Shown here piece by piece: positions 1-9,945 of a stretch of 64,000 nt of DNA; the stretch's first letter is position 1; the number at the start of each line of letters is the position of its first letter. The notes beneath the pieces are model-generated. The model saw nothing but the letters and a program-made list of their open reading frames with translations, was not told the DNA's origin and made no database searches. Source of the DNA: Treponemataceae bacterium (GTDB lineage: Bacteria; Spirochaetota; Spirochaetia; Treponematales; Rectinemataceae). A program made the position numbers and the translations under genes. The DNA lies in NCBI GenBank assembly GCA_963677895.2, contig CAXXGJ010000038.1, forward strand, positions 384,001-448,000. Reading direction: 5' to 3'.

Positions 1-462
1 GCCCGCTACATGGTTGTTCGTGAGGATGTAGACGGTCTTGCCGGTTTTCCTGACGATGACGCCCGATCCGAGGCCTTCCTGGCCAAATTTCGGCGTCTTC
101 TGGTCGGGAGTCGTCTCCTGCGGACCGAAGAAAAATTCGAAGGGGATGCTAGGCTGGGTTTTCGGGGCATCCGTCACCTTGTCCACGACATCGAGTTCCA
201 CCACCGAAGGCAGAACGGTGTTGGCGACATAACGGAAGGCGGTCTGGACAGCCTCGGCCTGGGAGAGGGCCGCGCCTATTTCGGGCGTCACCTGCACGCT
301 CGGCGTTTCCGCCTCGACTATCGGCAGCGAAACCAACTTCTGCGAAACGCCGCCGAGGGATCGGCCGCCCACGAAGGCGAAGACAAAGCCGATGATCACG
401 CCCAAGATGATGAGGTTCGCGATGAAAAATTTCTTTGAGTAGAGTTTTTTATTCAATGCCAT
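1..462 (-). CDS. htrA: HtrA/DegP-family serine protease (Do), N-terminal part; runs off the left edge
   Basis: Not in ORF track. Manual translation from ATG at 462 gives MALNKKTLLKEKFFIANLIILGVIIGFVFAF...NTVLPSVVELDV...FEFFFG...GLGSGVIVRKTGKTVYILTNNHVAG. TNNHV (catalytic His) and GSGVI are HtrA motifs. SD AGGAG upstream. Confidence 0.9.
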   Translation of the reverse strand, partial: MALNKKLYSKKFFIANLIILGVIIGFVFAFVGGRSLGGVSQKLVSLPIVEAETPSVQVTPEIGAALSQAEAVQTAFRYVANTVLPSVVELDVVDKVTDAPKTQPSIPFEFFFGPQETTPDQKTPKFGQEGLGSGVIVRKTGKTVYILTNNHVAG

Positions 463-504
463 ATACTTCTCCTGAGATGCGTTTTCCAGTGAGCTACTAA
501 CTAA

Positions 505-530
505 AAGATAAAATACTGATTTTCGTTACA
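505..530 (-). promoter_or_regulatory. Possible ECF-sigma-type promoter for htrA (TGTAAC-N16-TCTT)
   Basis: Minus strand reads TGTAAC gaaaatcagtatttta TCTT. An AAC-containing -35 is typical of ECF promoters, and htrA genes are often ECF-controlled. Confidence 0.25.
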
Positions 531-577
531 GTAGCCAAATAGGCGGAGGCATCAGGCTATATGACAATCGACGCTCT

Positions 578-1330
578 CTAGAATGTCCAGGAAGTGAGAA
601 CCTCATGACCGGATTCGGTGACGAGAACGCTGTGCTCGTAATGCGCCGACAGGGACCCGTCGAGCGTCACCACCGTCCAGTCGTCGGCCAGTTCCTTCAC
701 GTCGCCCTTGCCCGCGTTTATCATCGGTTCGATGGCGATGACCATGCCGGGGAGCAGTCTGGGGTTGGGTCCGCTGGAGATATAGTTGGGGATCTGCGGA
801 TCCTCGTGCATCTCAAGACCGACGCCATGGCCGCAGTACTGGCGCACCACGCCGTAACCATAGCGCGTGGCATGGCTGAAAACCGCCCTGGCGATGTCGT
901 GGATGCGGGCGCCGGGAACGACGGCCGCTATGGCCTTGTCGAGACATTCCCTTGTCACCCGCATGAGCTGATCCGCCTCGGGGCTGACCTTTCCGACGGC
1001 CCAAGTGACCGCGGAGTCGGAAAAATAGCCATCCAGCTCAATGCCGTAGTCTGCGCCGATGATGTCGCCCTCGACGAGGCGGCGCTTGCTGGGAATGCCA
1101 TGTATGACGGTTTCGTTCACGGAAAGACAGATGGAGGCCGGATAGCCCTCGTAGTCGAGGAAGGCCGGCTTGCCTCTATGCTTTATCGTGTAGTCGTAGG
1201 CGAACTTGTCGAGTTCGAGAAGACTAACCCCGGGCTGAACCATGGGGCGAAGCTTTTCGAGAAATTCTGAGAGGAGGGCGCAGGATTTGCGGATGCCTTC
1301 AATCTGTTCCTTGTTCTTGAGTCTGATCAT
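578..1330 (-). CDS. map: Type I methionine aminopeptidase
   Basis: SVNETVIHGIP, DGYFSDSA, YCGHGVGLEMHEDP, AIEPMIN and SAHYEHSVLVT motifs. Confidence 0.97.
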   Translation of the reverse strand: MIRLKNKEQIEGIRKSCALLSEFLEKLRPMVQPGVSLLELDKFAYDYTIKHRGKPAFLDYEGYPASICLSVNETVIHGIPSKRRLVEGDIIGADYGIELDGYFSDSAVTWAVGKVSPEADQLMRVTRECLDKAIAAVVPGARIHDIARAVFSHATRYGYGVVRQYCGHGVGLEMHEDPQIPNYISSGPNPRLLPGMVIAIEPMINAGKGDVKELADDWTVVTLDGSLSAHYEHSVLVTESGHEVLTSWTF

Positions 1331-1339
1331 GTACCTGCC

Positions 1340-1795
1340 TCAGCGCTTAGCGTCTGGGTTTTCCCCTCCGGAGTCTCCCTGCCCGGCATCCTTGTGGATC
1401 CCGTCCAGCACGCCGTTGATGAATTTATATGAATCTTCCGAACCATATTCCTTGGCGATTTCGATGGCTTCGTCGATCGTGATCTGGGCGGGGATGTCGT
1501 CCTGGAAGAGGAGGCAATAGGTCCCCATCCTCAAGATGGCCAGATCGACTTTCTTGAGTCTCTCGAAGGGCCAGTGGGACAAGTGCTTCTTTATCCTCGC
1601 GTCGATCTCTTCCAGGTTTTCGAGGGTTCCCGCGATGATGAGCCTCGTGAACGCGGCCGTATCGTCCTCAAGCTGTTCGACTTTCGAAGCCTCGAGCCAG
1701 GCGAATTTGAGAAGATCGTCGAGCGACGAACGGGAAGCTTCCCAGGCGTACAGTGCCTGAAAAGCGAGTATTCTTGCTTTCCTGCGTGAAGCCAT
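1340..1795 (-). CDS. nusB: Transcription antitermination factor NusB
   Basis: N-terminal RRKARILAFQALY, DLAILRMG, IDEAIEIAKEYGSEDSYKFINGVLD. Confidence 0.97.
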   Translation of the reverse strand: MASRRKARILAFQALYAWEASRSSLDDLLKFAWLEASKVEQLEDDTAAFTRLIIAGTLENLEEIDARIKKHLSHWPFERLKKVDLAILRMGTYCLLFQDDIPAQITIDEAIEIAKEYGSEDSYKFINGVLDGIHKDAGQGDSGGENPDAKR

Positions 1796-1808
1796 CAGCT
1801 CCCTCTTT

Positions 1809-2837
1809 TTACCATTTCAGATTTTCGTCAAAGGTCTTTATGGAAGCCTCGCCCCTGAGCTTCGTGATGAGATCGGCTTCCAGCTTGTCCATGAACTGCG
1901 CTTCCTTCGCCGAAGCCACCTGATAGGCGATGAACTGCTGGATGGTCATGTTCTGGTTGCCAGGGACAGGGTCGGCCAGGCCGAGCTGCTTCTGCGGAAG
2001 GAACTCGTTCGCCCTCACGATCCTGTATCCGGTGGGACTCTCGACCATGCCGGAGATATCGCCGGCCTTGAGCTTGAAGACGACGTCGAAGAGGTCCTCG
2101 CCGAAAAGGCTCTTGTTCTGGGCGGTCTTTTCTATATAGAGGGAAGGTATGGACTTGTACCCCGCAGCGTCGCTGGATCTCAACATGTACTCGTCGAATT
2201 TCGTGGGATTGACCTTGAGCGCGGAGGCTACCGACTGCAGCGTATCCTTCGCCTTCTTGGCGTCGGCATCGCTCTTGAGCCTCGTGTCCACATAGAGGAC
2301 GCTGACTCTCATGGTGTCCGGGCGGACGAGCGAAGCCTTCGCGAGATCATAGGCTTTGAGAATCTCGTCGGCGCTGGGAGCCACGAGAATCGTCTTCAGC
2401 TCATCCTTCCGCTTGGTCTGGACATAGGTCTCGAAGAGAAGACGCTGGCGGACATATACTTTCGGCTCGACGAAGACGCCGCTTGCCCTCAGCTGGCTTT
2501 CCAGATCCTCATCCGTCGCCTTGGCCCCAAGGCTGGACTTCATCTGCGCGAGGGCGTTGTTGATATCGGTATCGCTTACGGAAATCTTCTCCCTTTCGCA
2601 GAATTGCACGAAAAGGAGACTGTTGATTCTCGCGTCGAGGACTTGCTTGATCTGTTCGGCGGTGAACGTGATGCCAGCGGCCTTTTCGAGACGCTGGACG
2701 TCGGTCTTGATCTGGCGGACGGAGATCACTTCCTGCTTGACCAGTTTAATAGTGGCCGCAGGTTTATCGATGGAAGTCTGGGCGCCGAGGGCGGCCAGAC
2801 CTACGAGGGCAAACAAAGCAGGTAAAATCTTTCTCAT
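1809..2837 (-). CDS. SurA/PrsA-like periplasmic chaperone with parvulin (PPIase)-like domain
   Basis: Signal peptide, SurA-N-like helical region, C-terminal FKLKAGDISGMVESPTGYRIVR parvulin-like segment. Confidence 0.75.
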   Translation of the reverse strand: MRKILPALFALVGLAALGAQTSIDKPAATIKLVKQEVISVRQIKTDVQRLEKAAGITFTAEQIKQVLDARINSLLFVQFCEREKISVSDTDINNALAQMKSSLGAKATDEDLESQLRASGVFVEPKVYVRQRLLFETYVQTKRKDELKTILVAPSADEILKAYDLAKASLVRPDTMRVSVLYVDTRLKSDADAKKAKDTLQSVASALKVNPTKFDEYMLRSSDAAGYKSIPSLYIEKTAQNKSLFGEDLFDVVFKLKAGDISGMVESPTGYRIVRANEFLPQKQLGLADPVPGNQNMTIQQFIAYQVASAKEAQFMDKLEADLITKLRGEASIKTFDENLKW

Positions 2838-2997
2838 CTTTTATACTCGCTCTTGCTTCATACATAGCCTATAAGGCGGAAATCCTACACAGTTTATAAC
2901 AAACCCGATTGGAGAAGGTAAACCAAAACCCAGGGTATTTCAATAGAGCAGAGACATTTCGATCGGTCCGCCGCGCGATCGGGCGCGGAAAATCCTC

Positions 2998-3876
2998 TCA
3001 GACGAGCGGATCGACGTCGGCTTCGGCGAGACGCCTGCGGACCGCGCTCAGTCCCGGCAGCCTGGGCACAAGGCAGGACGCCCGCTCGAGGGCTTGATGC
3101 GCCTCGCCCCATTCCTTGCGGCGCAGATGGACCTCGGCTTTTTTCCTAAGGAACTGCGCCGAATCCCTGATCCCCACCTCGAGGGCGATGGATTCCTCCA
3201 GCCTGTCGAGATAGTCGTCCTCGTCTATCCGTCCCGGCATTTTCTGCAGCACCAGCGTTCTGAACTTCAGGGCGACGACATCGTAATAGTAACGGAACCA
3301 GGCCTTTTCGTGTTCCATGGCGATGAGCCGCTTGTATATGGCGTAGGCCTTGAGGAGCCGCCCTCGTTTTTCGTATTCCTCGGCCAGGCAGTATTCGGCG
3401 TCCATGGCGTCGCCTCTTTCCAGCCAGCGTTCGAGCCTGAAATCGCCGAAGGATTTGGAACGCTCATAGGTTTCCAGGGCTTCGTCGTCGAAGTTGTGGA
3501 GAAGGTCGTAGACAATGAGCTTGGCCTGACTCTCGGGATCGTGGGTTCTGGCCTTCAGGAAAGCCCTGTAATTGAATCCGCCCTGTTCGAGCTTCTGTCT
3601 CCTCAGGCTGCGGTCGTATGCGCGCCGCTTTTCGCCGTCCGATAGGATCCTGTAGGCTTCGAGGATGAGGCGCATCGCCGATTCGCGCACCGAGGCCACC
3701 GAACCCTTGGCCGTCTTGCCATAGTCGATTTTCCCCTGGACCTCTTGGCCAACCGAGGGTCTTTCGGAGGCGCTCGTGTCGGGATGGTATTTCTTCGCTT
3801 TTTTCCTGAAGGCGCTTTTTATGGCGCTTTGATCCGAGTCGGGAGGGACGCCAAGCACATCATAGTAATTTTCCAC
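2998..3876 (-). CDS. J-domain (DnaJ) protein with TPR-like C-terminus
   Basis: NYYDVLGV...IKSAFRKKAKKYHPD with HPD motif, EAYRILSD..KRRAYD; helical TPR-like C-terminal half. Confidence 0.85.
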   Translation of the reverse strand: MENYYDVLGVPPDSDQSAIKSAFRKKAKKYHPDTSASERPSVGQEVQGKIDYGKTAKGSVASVRESAMRLILEAYRILSDGEKRRAYDRSLRRQKLEQGGFNYRAFLKARTHDPESQAKLIVYDLLHNFDDEALETYERSKSFGDFRLERWLERGDAMDAEYCLAEEYEKRGRLLKAYAIYKRLIAMEHEKAWFRYYYDVVALKFRTLVLQKMPGRIDEDDYLDRLEESIALEVGIRDSAQFLRKKAEVHLRRKEWGEAHQALERASCLVPRLPGLSAVRRRLAEADVDPLV

Positions 3877-3880
3877 GTAT

Positions 3881-4288
3881 CTAGCCCCGTAAAAGTGGTG
3901 CTTCCCGCGCCGCCGCTATCGATTCGCCATCGTTCGCGACGACTTCGCCCATCGTGACGATCATGCCTTCCTTCTCGAGAGACGTCATCATGACCGCGAG
4001 TGCTTTTTGGGGAAGGAGTCCGGACTTGACGAGAAGGGCCATGGTCCGTTTGCCCACGAGATTCCCGCCGCTTGAAAGCTGCTCGCCGAGCTTTTTGCCG
4101 ATGCCGCTTCCGAGTCCGCTGGGTTCCGAGCATACCACCAGGAAGTCGTACGTGGATAGTCGATAATCCACAGCCTCGAAAAAGTCCGAGACATGACCCA
4201 TCAGGCTGAATTCGCGCGAGGCCGCGCGGGCCAGTTTCATGAGTCTGTCGGTTTTTTTTTCGCTTATGGCGACAACAGCAATACGCAT
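3881..4288 (-). CDS. Hypothetical protein, flavodoxin-like alpha/beta pattern
   Basis: SD GAGGA, own promoter, tight spacing to DnaJ gene; YDFLVVCSE...LVGKRTMALL resembles flavodoxin strands. Confidence 0.6.
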   Translation of the reverse strand: MRIAVVAISEKKTDRLMKLARAASREFSLMGHVSDFFEAVDYRLSTYDFLVVCSEPSGLGSGIGKKLGEQLSSGGNLVGKRTMALLVKSGLLPQKALAVMMTSLEKEGMIVTMGEVVANDGESIAAAREAPLLRG

Positions 4289-4303
4289 TTATTCCTCGCG
4301 GCT

Positions 4304-4332
4304 ACTATAGCAACGAACAAGAATCGTAACAA
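4304..4332 (-). promoter_or_regulatory. Sigma70-type promoter TTGTTA-N17-TATAGT with extended -10 (TGc)
   Basis: Read directly on the minus strand upstream of the 4288 start. Confidence 0.6.
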
Positions 4333-4337
4333 TCCGT

Positions 4338-4820
4338 TTACAGGCCCCTATAGAGCTCTTCTCCCGTACCCGGCTTGATGAATATGACCGGGCAGCGCGC
4401 GTTCCTGAGAATTTCACGGTTCGCGTCGGCGACGGCGTCCCTCGACTGCATTTCGGAGGGCTGACCGCCGATGACAATGCAGTCGGCGCCGTGCTCTATC
4501 GAAGCCCTGATGATCTCGCCCGGCACCGAGCCCTTTCCGAGGAGCGTCTCCACGGTAAGGCGCTTTTTCGCGGCGATTTCCACGCAGAAATTGAGATAGC
4601 GGCGGCCCGAATTCTCCAGGCTCCGCTCGTACTCCTCGCTCTCGTCGGGCACGAATATCCGGGAGAGGGCGAGCTGGCGTATGGTGGCAGTATCGACGAC
4701 ATAACAGGCGATGACCTTCGAACCGAACTGCTTCTTCATGGCGAGCGCGTATTTCAGCGCGTCGATGGAGGCTTCCGAACCGTTGATCGCCACGAGAAGC
4801 GTCCTGAATATCTGTATCAT
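4338..4820 (-). CDS. Universal stress protein (UspA family)
   Basis: FRTLLVAINGSEASIDAL, GSVPGEII, ADCIVIGG, EILRNARCPVIFIK. Start ATG at 4820 overlaps the atpD stop (ATGA). Confidence 0.9.
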   Translation of the reverse strand: MIQIFRTLLVAINGSEASIDALKYALAMKKQFGSKVIACYVVDTATIRQLALSRIFVPDESEEYERSLENSGRRYLNFCVEIAAKKRLTVETLLGKGSVPGEIIRASIEHGADCIVIGGQPSEMQSRDAVADANREILRNARCPVIFIKPGTGEELYRGL

Positions 4821-5449
4821 AAGGCGTCCTGCTCCGACATCCGCTGTTTGAGCAACTTCACGGCGAATAGGGATTCGCGATCCCGCTCGTCCAAGGTGGA
4901 TTCTATGAATTTCACTATTTCTCCCGACCGGGGAATCACCATCTTGTCCAGGGCGTTGACGCGCCGCTGGGTTTTCTTGACCTCGCGGGCAAGCCGCCAG
5001 ACGATGGATCGCAGGCCAGCGGCCGCGGCCAGTTTCTGAAGCAGCTCGCTGAACTCTATCACGGTTTCGTCGCATACGGCAAATGAATTTATGAAAGAAT
5101 AGTTGAGTTCGGGGGCACCTGCCCGGACGACGAGGGTGGGCAGGTTCATGCCGCTGACGTTCACGTTCCCTGTCTTGAGGGTGATGGAGCGCACCGGTTT
5201 CGAGGAGAGGGCGAGCGCCCTTTCCCGGCCGACGACGAGGAGCATCTTCCGCAGGTGGCGATAGGATTTTTCGGTCAGTTCCCTGATCTCCTTCTCGAGG
5301 AGGCCGAGTTCGTCCATGCGCTTGAGCAGCTCTATGACGAGGATTTCGCGCTTCTTCTCGAGGAGATCGTAGCCCTGGAGCGCGAGCCCGAGGCTGCGCT
5401 TTTCGTTGATGAGGTTGGTTTTGGTAGGGGCCGGATAGGCTTGTGCCAT
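4817..5449 (-). CDS. atpD: V/A-type ATP synthase subunit D
   Basis: PTKTNL...GYDLLEKKREIL, EVKKTQRRVNALD, LDERDRE. Confidence 0.96.
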   Translation of the reverse strand: MAQAYPAPTKTNLINEKRSLGLALQGYDLLEKKREILVIELLKRMDELGLLEKEIRELTEKSYRHLRKMLLVVGRERALALSSKPVRSITLKTGNVNVSGMNLPTLVVRAGAPELNYSFINSFAVCDETVIEFSELLQKLAAAAGLRSIVWRLAREVKKTQRRVNALDKMVIPRSGEIVKFIESTLDERDRESLFAVKLLKQRMSEQDAL

Positions 5450-5462
5450 GATCGACGCTCCT

Positions 5463-6851
5463 TTAGTTTCCCTTCCCGCGCTCGGGGAGATACTTGCTTA
5501 TCAGGTTCTCGGGGATCCGCACCAGCTCTTCCCTGGGCAGCAGGGAGAGGATGGACCAGCCGAGGTCGAGGGTTTGCTCTATGCTTCTGTCCTCGAATTC
5601 GCCCTGGGCGAGGTATCTCGTCTCGAAGGCTTCGCCGAATTCCAGATAGACCTTGTCGCGCGCCGACAGTTCCTCCTCGCCGATGATGGCGGCCAGGTCC
5701 CGCACCGAACGCACGTAGGCGTAGGCCGAAAAGAGCTGGGAGGAGAGATCCCGGTGGTCTTCCCTCGTCATGCCCTCGCCGATGCCGTCCTTCATGAGGC
5801 GCGAGAGCGAAGGCAGGCCGGCGATGGGCGGGTAGACGCCGCGCTGGGCGAGGTCCCTCTCCAGGACGATCTGGCCTTCGGTGATGTAGCCGGTGAGGTC
5901 GGGTATGGGGTGGGATATGTCGTCGTTGGGCATCGAGAGGATGGGCAGCTGCGTGATGGAGCCCTCAGAGCCCTCGATGCGGCCCGCCCGCTCGTAGAGC
6001 GAAGCCAGGTCAGAATAGAGGTAGCCTGGATAGCCTTTCCGCGAGGGGACCTCGTTGCGCGCCGCCGAGACTTCGCGAAGCGCCTCGCAGTAATTGGTCA
6101 TGTCCGTCATCACGACGAGGACGTGCATGTTCTTTTCGTAGGCGAGGTACTCGGCGGCGGTCAAGGCGCTGCGGGGCGTAAGGAGCCGCTCGATGGAGGG
6201 GCTGTCCGCCAGGGAGAGGAACATGACGACGCGCGAGAGGACGCCCGACTGCTCGAAGGCGTCGATGAAGTAGCGCGCGACGTCGTATTTGATGCCCATG
6301 CCGGCGAAGACGACGGCGAACTGGGTCTCCCCTCCCCTCACCTTGGCCTGCCTGATGATCTGGGCGGCCAGCCTGTTGTGGGGCAGCCCGTTGCCCGAGA
6401 AAATGGGCAGCTTCTGGCCGCGAATCAGCGTGTTCATCCCGTCGATAGCCGAGATGCCCGTCTGGATGAAGTCCCTGGGGTAGACGCGGGCGCTGGGGTT
6501 GATGGGGAGACCGTTTATGTCGCGGAGATCGGAGGATGGTATTTCCGGGTAGCCGTCCATGGGTTTGCCGAGACCGTTGAAGATGCGTCCCACGATGTCG
6601 GGGCCGACGCGGAACTCGAGGGGCTTTTCCAGGTATTCGACCCATGCCTCGTCGAGCGATATTCCGGAGGTGTCGGAAAAAAGCTGTATGGCCACGGCCT
6701 GCTCCGAGATGTCGACGACGCGGCCTATCCTCAGCTGCCCGTACCTGTCCTTCACCCGCACGAGTTCGGAAAATCCCACGTTCTCCGTCCTCGAGGCGAT
6801 GACGATGGGGCCGTCGGCCTTGGTCAGGCCCCTGTATTCGGTACCTCTCAT
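5463..6851 (-). CDS. atpB: V/A-type ATP synthase subunit B
   Basis: [49 protein letters not shown]. Confidence 0.98.
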   Translation of the reverse strand: MRGTEYRGLTKADGPIVIASRTENVGFSELVRVKDRYGQLRIGRVVDISEQAVAIQLFSDTSGISLDEAWVEYLEKPLEFRVGPDIVGRIFNGLGKPMDGYPEIPSSDLRDINGLPINPSARVYPRDFIQTGISAIDGMNTLIRGQKLPIFSGNGLPHNRLAAQIIRQAKVRGGETQFAVVFAGMGIKYDVARYFIDAFEQSGVLSRVVMFLSLADSPSIERLLTPRSALTAAEYLAYEKNMHVLVVMTDMTNYCEALREVSAARNEVPSRKGYPGYLYSDLASLYERAGRIEGSEGSITQLPILSMPNDDISHPIPDLTGYITEGQIVLERDLAQRGVYPPIAGLPSLSRLMKDGIGEGMTREDHRDLSSQLFSAYAYVRSVRDLAAIIGEEELSARDKVYLEFGEAFETRYLAQGEFEDRSIEQTLDLGWSILSLLPREELVRIPENLISKYLPERGKGN

Positions 6852-8674
6852 TCTGTCACCGTCCTGTCTGTCGCGGCGTCAAACCCGGCCGCGGCGCCAA
6901 ACCCAGCTGCCGCGTTGAGGCCCAATCCGGCGCCCAATTCGGCGAAAGCCTGCTGGATTTCCAGAAGGACACCCCGTCCTTCCTCGACGCGCTCGTTGGT
7001 TATGGAGCTTTTCAGCCGCATCAATCTGTTCCGCAGGGGCATGGCGGCTATCTTGGGCAGGGGCGTCCCGCCGTGAATGGCTTTTTCCGCCAATTCATGG
7101 AAGGTGAGAATGCATTCGAGTATCATCGTCTGCCTCGCGGGGACGCAGTACATGTCGACCGCGTCGAAGCTGCTCTGTTGCAGGAATCCGGTCTTCAGGA
7201 GCTCGGCCGTCATGAGTATAAGCCGCTGTTCGTCGGGAAGGGCATCGGGGCCTATGAGGCGCACGATCTCGGCGAGCTTGCGCTCTTTTTTCAGAATATC
7301 CATGGCCTTGGCCCTGAATTTCTTCCAGGAACTGTCGATGCCGTCCCAGAAGGCCATGAGATCGTCGGCGTATTCGGAATAGGAGTCGTTCCAGGAAATA
7401 GCCGGGTAATGGCGGGCGTTCGCGAGATCGCGGTCGAGGGCCCAGAAGCAGCGTATGAAGCGCTTGGTGTGCTGGGTCACCGGTTCCGAGAAGTCTCCGC
7501 CGGGAGGCGAAACGGCCCCGATGATGGTGACGGAGCCTTTCTTTCCTTCCAGCGTCGTGACCATGCCTCCGCGCTCGTAGAATTCGGCGAGCCGCGTGGG
7601 AAGGTAGGCGGGGAATCCCTCCTCCGCGGGCATCTCCTCGAGGCGCCCGGAGAGTTCCCTCAGGGCTTCCGCCCAGCGGGAGGTTGAATCGGCCATGACG
7701 GCCACCTGGTAGCCCATGTCGCGGTAGTACTCGGCGATAGTGATACCCGTGTAGATCGAGACTTCGCGGGCGGCGACGGGCATGTTCGAGGTGTTGGCGA
7801 TGAGGATGGTCCGCTCCATGAGGGACCGTCCCGTCCTCGGGTCGATGAGCCGCGGGAACTCGGTGAGGACATCGGTCATCTCGTTGCCGCGCTCGCCGCA
7901 GCCGATGTAGACGATGATGTCGGCGTCGCACCATTTGGCGATCGCGTGCTGCGTCATCGTCTTGCCGGTGCCGAATCCGCCGGGCACGGCCGCGCATCCG
8001 CCCTTGGCCACGGGAAAGAGCACGTCGATGACGCGCAGGCCTGTGACGAGAGGCTCGTTGGGCACGAGTTTCTGCGCGAACCCGCGGGCCTTCCGGACCG
8101 GCCAGCGCGACGAGGCCGAGTATTCGTTCCCGGCGCCGGACTTCACGAGGGGCTGTGAAATGTCATAGTCGCCTTCGGCGGCCACCCAGGCGGCAGTCCC
8201 TGAAGGCGTCGTCCCGTCGAACACGAGCTTATGGAGAACGGAGGGCGTCTCCTGTATCGTTCCGAAGACGATGCCGGGACCGATGGGCTCGCCGACGGCC
8301 AGCGTCGGATGGAAACGCCACTTTCTTTTCGCGTCGAGGGCGTCGCCCGCGACGCCGGGCAGGAGCATGGGGCCTGAAAGAGCCTTCAGCACGGGCAGAG
8401 GCCGCTGTATGCCGTCGTAGATCGACCCGATGAGTCCGGGGCCGAGGAGGACGGAGAGGGGCTTGCCCTGGCATTCCACGGGCTCCCCCACCCTCATCAT
8501 CGTGTTGTCCTCGTAGATCTGGATGGTGGCGATCTGGCCTTCGAGCCTGATGATCTCGCCTATCAGGCCGGCCGCGCCGACCTTCACCACATCGTAGAGC
8601 CCGGCCGACGCCATGCCCCTGGCCTTGACGATCGGTCCGGAAATTTTCGCTATTGTCCCTGCTCTCATCGCCAT
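6848..8674 (-). CDS. atpA: V/A-type ATP synthase subunit A (catalytic)
   Basis: P-loop [40 protein letters not shown]; no intein-sized insertion. Confidence 0.98.
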   Translation of the reverse strand: MAMRAGTIAKISGPIVKARGMASAGLYDVVKVGAAGLIGEIIRLEGQIATIQIYEDNTMMRVGEPVECQGKPLSVLLGPGLIGSIYDGIQRPLPVLKALSGPMLLPGVAGDALDAKRKWRFHPTLAVGEPIGPGIVFGTIQETPSVLHKLVFDGTTPSGTAAWVAAEGDYDISQPLVKSGAGNEYSASSRWPVRKARGFAQKLVPNEPLVTGLRVIDVLFPVAKGGCAAVPGGFGTGKTMTQHAIAKWCDADIIVYIGCGERGNEMTDVLTEFPRLIDPRTGRSLMERTILIANTSNMPVAAREVSIYTGITIAEYYRDMGYQVAVMADSTSRWAEALRELSGRLEEMPAEEGFPAYLPTRLAEFYERGGMVTTLEGKKGSVTIIGAVSPPGGDFSEPVTQHTKRFIRCFWALDRDLANARHYPAISWNDSYSEYADDLMAFWDGIDSSWKKFRAKAMDILKKERKLAEIVRLIGPDALPDEQRLILMTAELLKTGFLQQSSFDAVDMYCVPARQTMILECILTFHELAEKAIHGGTPLPKIAAMPLRNRLMRLKSSITNERVEEGRGVLLEIQQAFAELGAGLGLNAAAGFGAAAGFDAATDRTVTE

Positions 8675-9289
8675 TTATCCTCTTTCGGCCGTCGCGGGGA
8701 ACAATGCAGAAGCCAGTTCTCCCCTGTACTCGTCCAGAAGCCTTTCTTCAAGCTGCTTCTCGCCGAGCGTCATGACCATCGTCCCGTCCAGGCTCTCGAT
8801 CACGATGCCGCGCTGGAGCGCGTCGACATCAGCCGCGGCTGATGCCGAGACCTCCACGTCGGATCCAAGAAGCTCCCCCATCTCCCGCAGCGAAGAGGCG
8901 TCGATGCCTCGGTGACTCATGCGCAGCTTCCGTCCCGCGAGGAGGGAGGAACGCTTCCTGAGTCCGGAAAGACACCAGGCGCCCAGATTCGCGTCGTCGA
9001 GGGCATCCAAGAATTTCGCGACCGAGGCCCTCATCGCGCCGTCGATGAAGCGCGCCCTGAGCCGCGTCTTTTCGAGGGGCATTTTCGAAAAGGTCTCCCG
9101 CTTCATCTGGGCTATCTTCTCGAGCTTGCGCGCCTCGAGCTCCGCGACCATTCCATCCAGCGTCTCGGCCGAATTCGCCTTCAGCCTTTCGGCCTCTTCC
9201 TTGGCCTTCTGGACAATCCTCTGGGCCTTCCTGGCAGCGTCGTCGAGGATTTCGCGTTCGAGCGCTTCGGTGCCTTTTATCTCTTCCAT
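8675..9289 (-). CDS. atpE: V/A-type ATP synthase subunit E
   Basis: Coiled-coil N-terminus, GIVIESLDG segment, operon position. Confidence 0.85.
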   Translation of the reverse strand: MEEIKGTEALEREILDDAARKAQRIVQKAKEEAERLKANSAETLDGMVAELEARKLEKIAQMKRETFSKMPLEKTRLRARFIDGAMRASVAKFLDALDDANLGAWCLSGLRKRSSLLAGRKLRMSHRGIDASSLREMGELLGSDVEVSASAAADVDALQRGIVIESLDGTMVMTLGEKQLEERLLDEYRGELASALFPATAERG

Positions 9290-9299
9290 AGGTCTTCCC

Positions 9300-9614
9300 T
9301 CATTGGATCTTGATGCCTATCGCCTGCCGGACGGCATCGACGAGCTGGACATGATCGGGCAAGGAGCCCGACAGGGGCGGTATTTCCACGACGAGAGGAT
9401 AGCGCCCCGACAATTGCCAGTCGATGAGTTCCGTCCCAAGCATGTCGGCGATATCCTCGGAGAGGATGAGCATCCTGCATTCCCCCGAAGCGCCGGTCAC
9501 GCGGCGGAAGGTAGAGAGGGCGTCATCGGCGCCCGCCACCGCCGCCCCATCCACGCCGATCATCCTGAAAGCGATGACGAGTTCTTCTTCGGCGAGGACG
9601 AATATTTCCTTCAC
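9300..9614 (-). CDS. atpF: V/A-type ATP synthase subunit F
   Basis: IFVLAEEELVIAFRMIGV, PLVVEIP, VRQAIGIKI. Confidence 0.92.
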   Translation of the reverse strand: MKEIFVLAEEELVIAFRMIGVDGAAVAGADDALSTFRRVTGASGECRMLILSEDIADMLGTELIDWQLSGRYPLVVEIPPLSGSLPDHVQLVDAVRQAIGIKIQ

Positions 9615-9626
9615 GGATTCCCGTCC

Positions 9627-9932
9627 CTAGAGGAGGAGGATAAGCAAGGCCACGAGGAAACCCCAGAGGCAGATGCCTTCCGCGAGCCCAACGTAGGGAA
9701 GCGCCTTGCCGGAGAGTTCGGGCTTTTCCGCCATGGCTCCCATCGCCGCCGATCCGATCTTGGCCACGGCCATGCCGCCGGCCACGGCCGCCACGCTCAC
9801 GGCGAGGGCGGCGGCGAGATACTTGATGCCGCCGGTCCAGGCCGATACGGGGGCGGTCGCCCCTTGAGTCTGGGCGAAAGCGGAGGCGCTGCCCGCCGCG
9901 GCCAGAAGTGCCGTCGTGATTTTCTTCTTCAT
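9627..9932 (-). CDS. atpK: V/A-type ATP synthase proteolipid subunit K/c (single hairpin)
   Basis: GAMAEKPEL...VGLAEGICLWG with ion-binding Glu; SD AAGGAG before ATG 9932. Confidence 0.93.
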   Translation of the reverse strand: MKKKITTALLAAAGSASAFAQTQGATAPVSAWTGGIKYLAAALAVSVAAVAGGMAVAKIGSAAMGAMAEKPELSGKALPYVGLAEGICLWGFLVALLILLL

Positions 9933-9945
9933 GAACAACTCCTTT

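Noticed and set aside
6870..6935. Short tandem AAAGF(G/D) repeat at the atpA C-terminus
   Set aside because: Only two to three degenerate 18-nt units in a low-complexity tail; not an array.
5448..7076. 542 aa plus-strand ORF
   Set aside because: Antisense shadow of atpB/atpA, caused by GC-rich codon bias; no recognisable motifs.
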